Of a stretch of DNA of 64,000 nt, positions 63,246 through 64,000 are shown piece by piece. How positions within the stretch are numbered: position 1 is the stretch's first letter; every line of letters begins with the position of its first letter. The notes beneath the pieces were generated by a model, which worked only from the letters and a program-made list of their open reading frames with translations, was not told the DNA's origin and searched no databases. Made by a program: the position numbers and the translations under genes. The DNA is from a virus. The stretch spans positions 1 through 64,000 of the IMG/VR virus record IMGVR_UViG_3300042453_003699. One strand, given 5' to 3'.

Positions 63246-64000
63246 ATGCGCTACGACACAATCTTACACCCTGAAATGATTTTGAACAAACGCGGACCTG
63301 AGTTCGCCCGATCTTTTTTGAAGAGTGCGCTCGACATGATCGAGGTTCGCAAGGGCGGGGTTTACTTCGAGGCTCATGATCCGACCTCGCACTTCATCGC
63401 TGAGAGTCTCCATCGGGACAAAGTGTTCCTACGATGTCTGACGACCTGTAAAATCTTCCGCGACCAGAAACCGCCGATTTACCACATCGGGCGGGACTTC
63501 TTGCAGACCCTTCAGAAAATCGACAGGGAGATTCCAGTCGATATTTTGCCAGAGAAGTTTCTTGCCTACTTTCAGTTCGCTGAGAACGCTATCTTCGATG
63601 ACGATGGCGTGGTGGAAGGGGGGTATATCTGTATTGATAGGGGGATCAACTTAGGCATGACTGAATCCCTTCAAGACAAGAGAGTTTTGAGTTTCACCTA
63701 CTTGTGCCAACCCAAAGTCGAGGGCATGAGTGCGTTTGCCAGTATGACGGTGGAGCTAGACGCAAAAAAGATCAGCGAACTCTCTTCTGGGATCATCGTC
63801 GAGGATCACCTTCTAGGCGAAACCAGAACGCCGGAACAGATCGAGAAGAGAAACAATGTGTTCAGGGCGCTCCTCAACGCGACCATCTATCTCTTTTCGG
63901 AAGACCCTGTTCTTGAGAAGACTAGACCGTTTCGTGAGATGGGGTTCTCGGTCAAAGAGATGAAGAGGCGTGGTCTTATCATCAATGAGACTCTCGTACC
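63246..64000 (+). CDS. Hypothetical protein, truncated by the window end (not in the ORF track)
   Basis: Reads MRYDTILHPEMILNKRGPEFARSFLK... and appears open to 64000. Confidence 0.65.
   Translation, partial: MRYDTILHPEMILNKRGPEFARSFLKSALDMIEVRKGGVYFEAHDPTSHFIAESLHRDKVFLRCLTTCKIFRDQKPPIYHIGRDFLQTLQKIDREIPVDILPEKFLAYFQFAENAIFDDDGVVEGGYICIDRGINLGMTESLQDKRVLSFTYLCQPKVEGMSAFASMTVELDAKKISELSSGIIVEDHLLGETRTPEQIEKRNNVFRALLNATIYLFSEDPVLEKTRPFREMGFSVKEMKRRGLIINETLV

Noticed and set aside
63704-63916. 70-aa ORF in the track
   Set aside because: It is an out-of-frame overlap with the longer ORF that starts at 63246 and runs off the window.
1-64000. Stop-codon reassignment (alternative genetic code)
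   Set aside because: Long conserved genes are intact in code 11, and TAA, TAG and TGA all end genes at tight overlaps or before terminators.

Overview
This window is a 64-kb segment of a large (probably jumbo) contractile-tailed dsDNA phage using the standard genetic code; I found no rRNA, tRNA, CRISPR array or IS element. 2.8-6.1 kb holds head/neck-type genes. 6.1-16.2 kb holds a glycosylation cluster (GT4, polysaccharide pyruvyltransferase, GT-A, double GT2), a SWIM-finger gene and a secreted subtilase. 17.6-41.4 kb is a + strand morphogenesis block: an actin-like ATPase with a coupled partner, tail completion protein, 916-aa sheath, HK97 gp10-like protein, three paralogous fibre-like proteins, gp25/baseplate-J/wedge proteins and a holin-like protein. 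41.5-64 kb is accessory: restriction-endonuclease-like protein, histone-like wHTH, Mtd-like fibre, 2OG-Fe(II) oxygenases, permuted NlpC/P60, 2H phosphoesterase, HExxH peptidase, RelA-like synthetase with a probable antitoxin, lytic transglycosylase, FG-GAP propeller, RRM protein and ATP-dependent ligase. The best leads are four. (1) About 10 unrelated proteins, several with anti-host effector-type domains, share a short basic amphipathic [RK]-[VI]-A tag, a candidate capsid-loading/processing signal. (2) An actin-like ATPase and adaptor-like gene head the tail operon. (3) A highly over-represented quasi-palindrome, TTCCGCCGAA, sits at promoters of apparently leaderless genes. (4) There is a split CapRel-like toxin/antitoxin pair. 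All family assignments come from motif recognition by eye; no database search was run.
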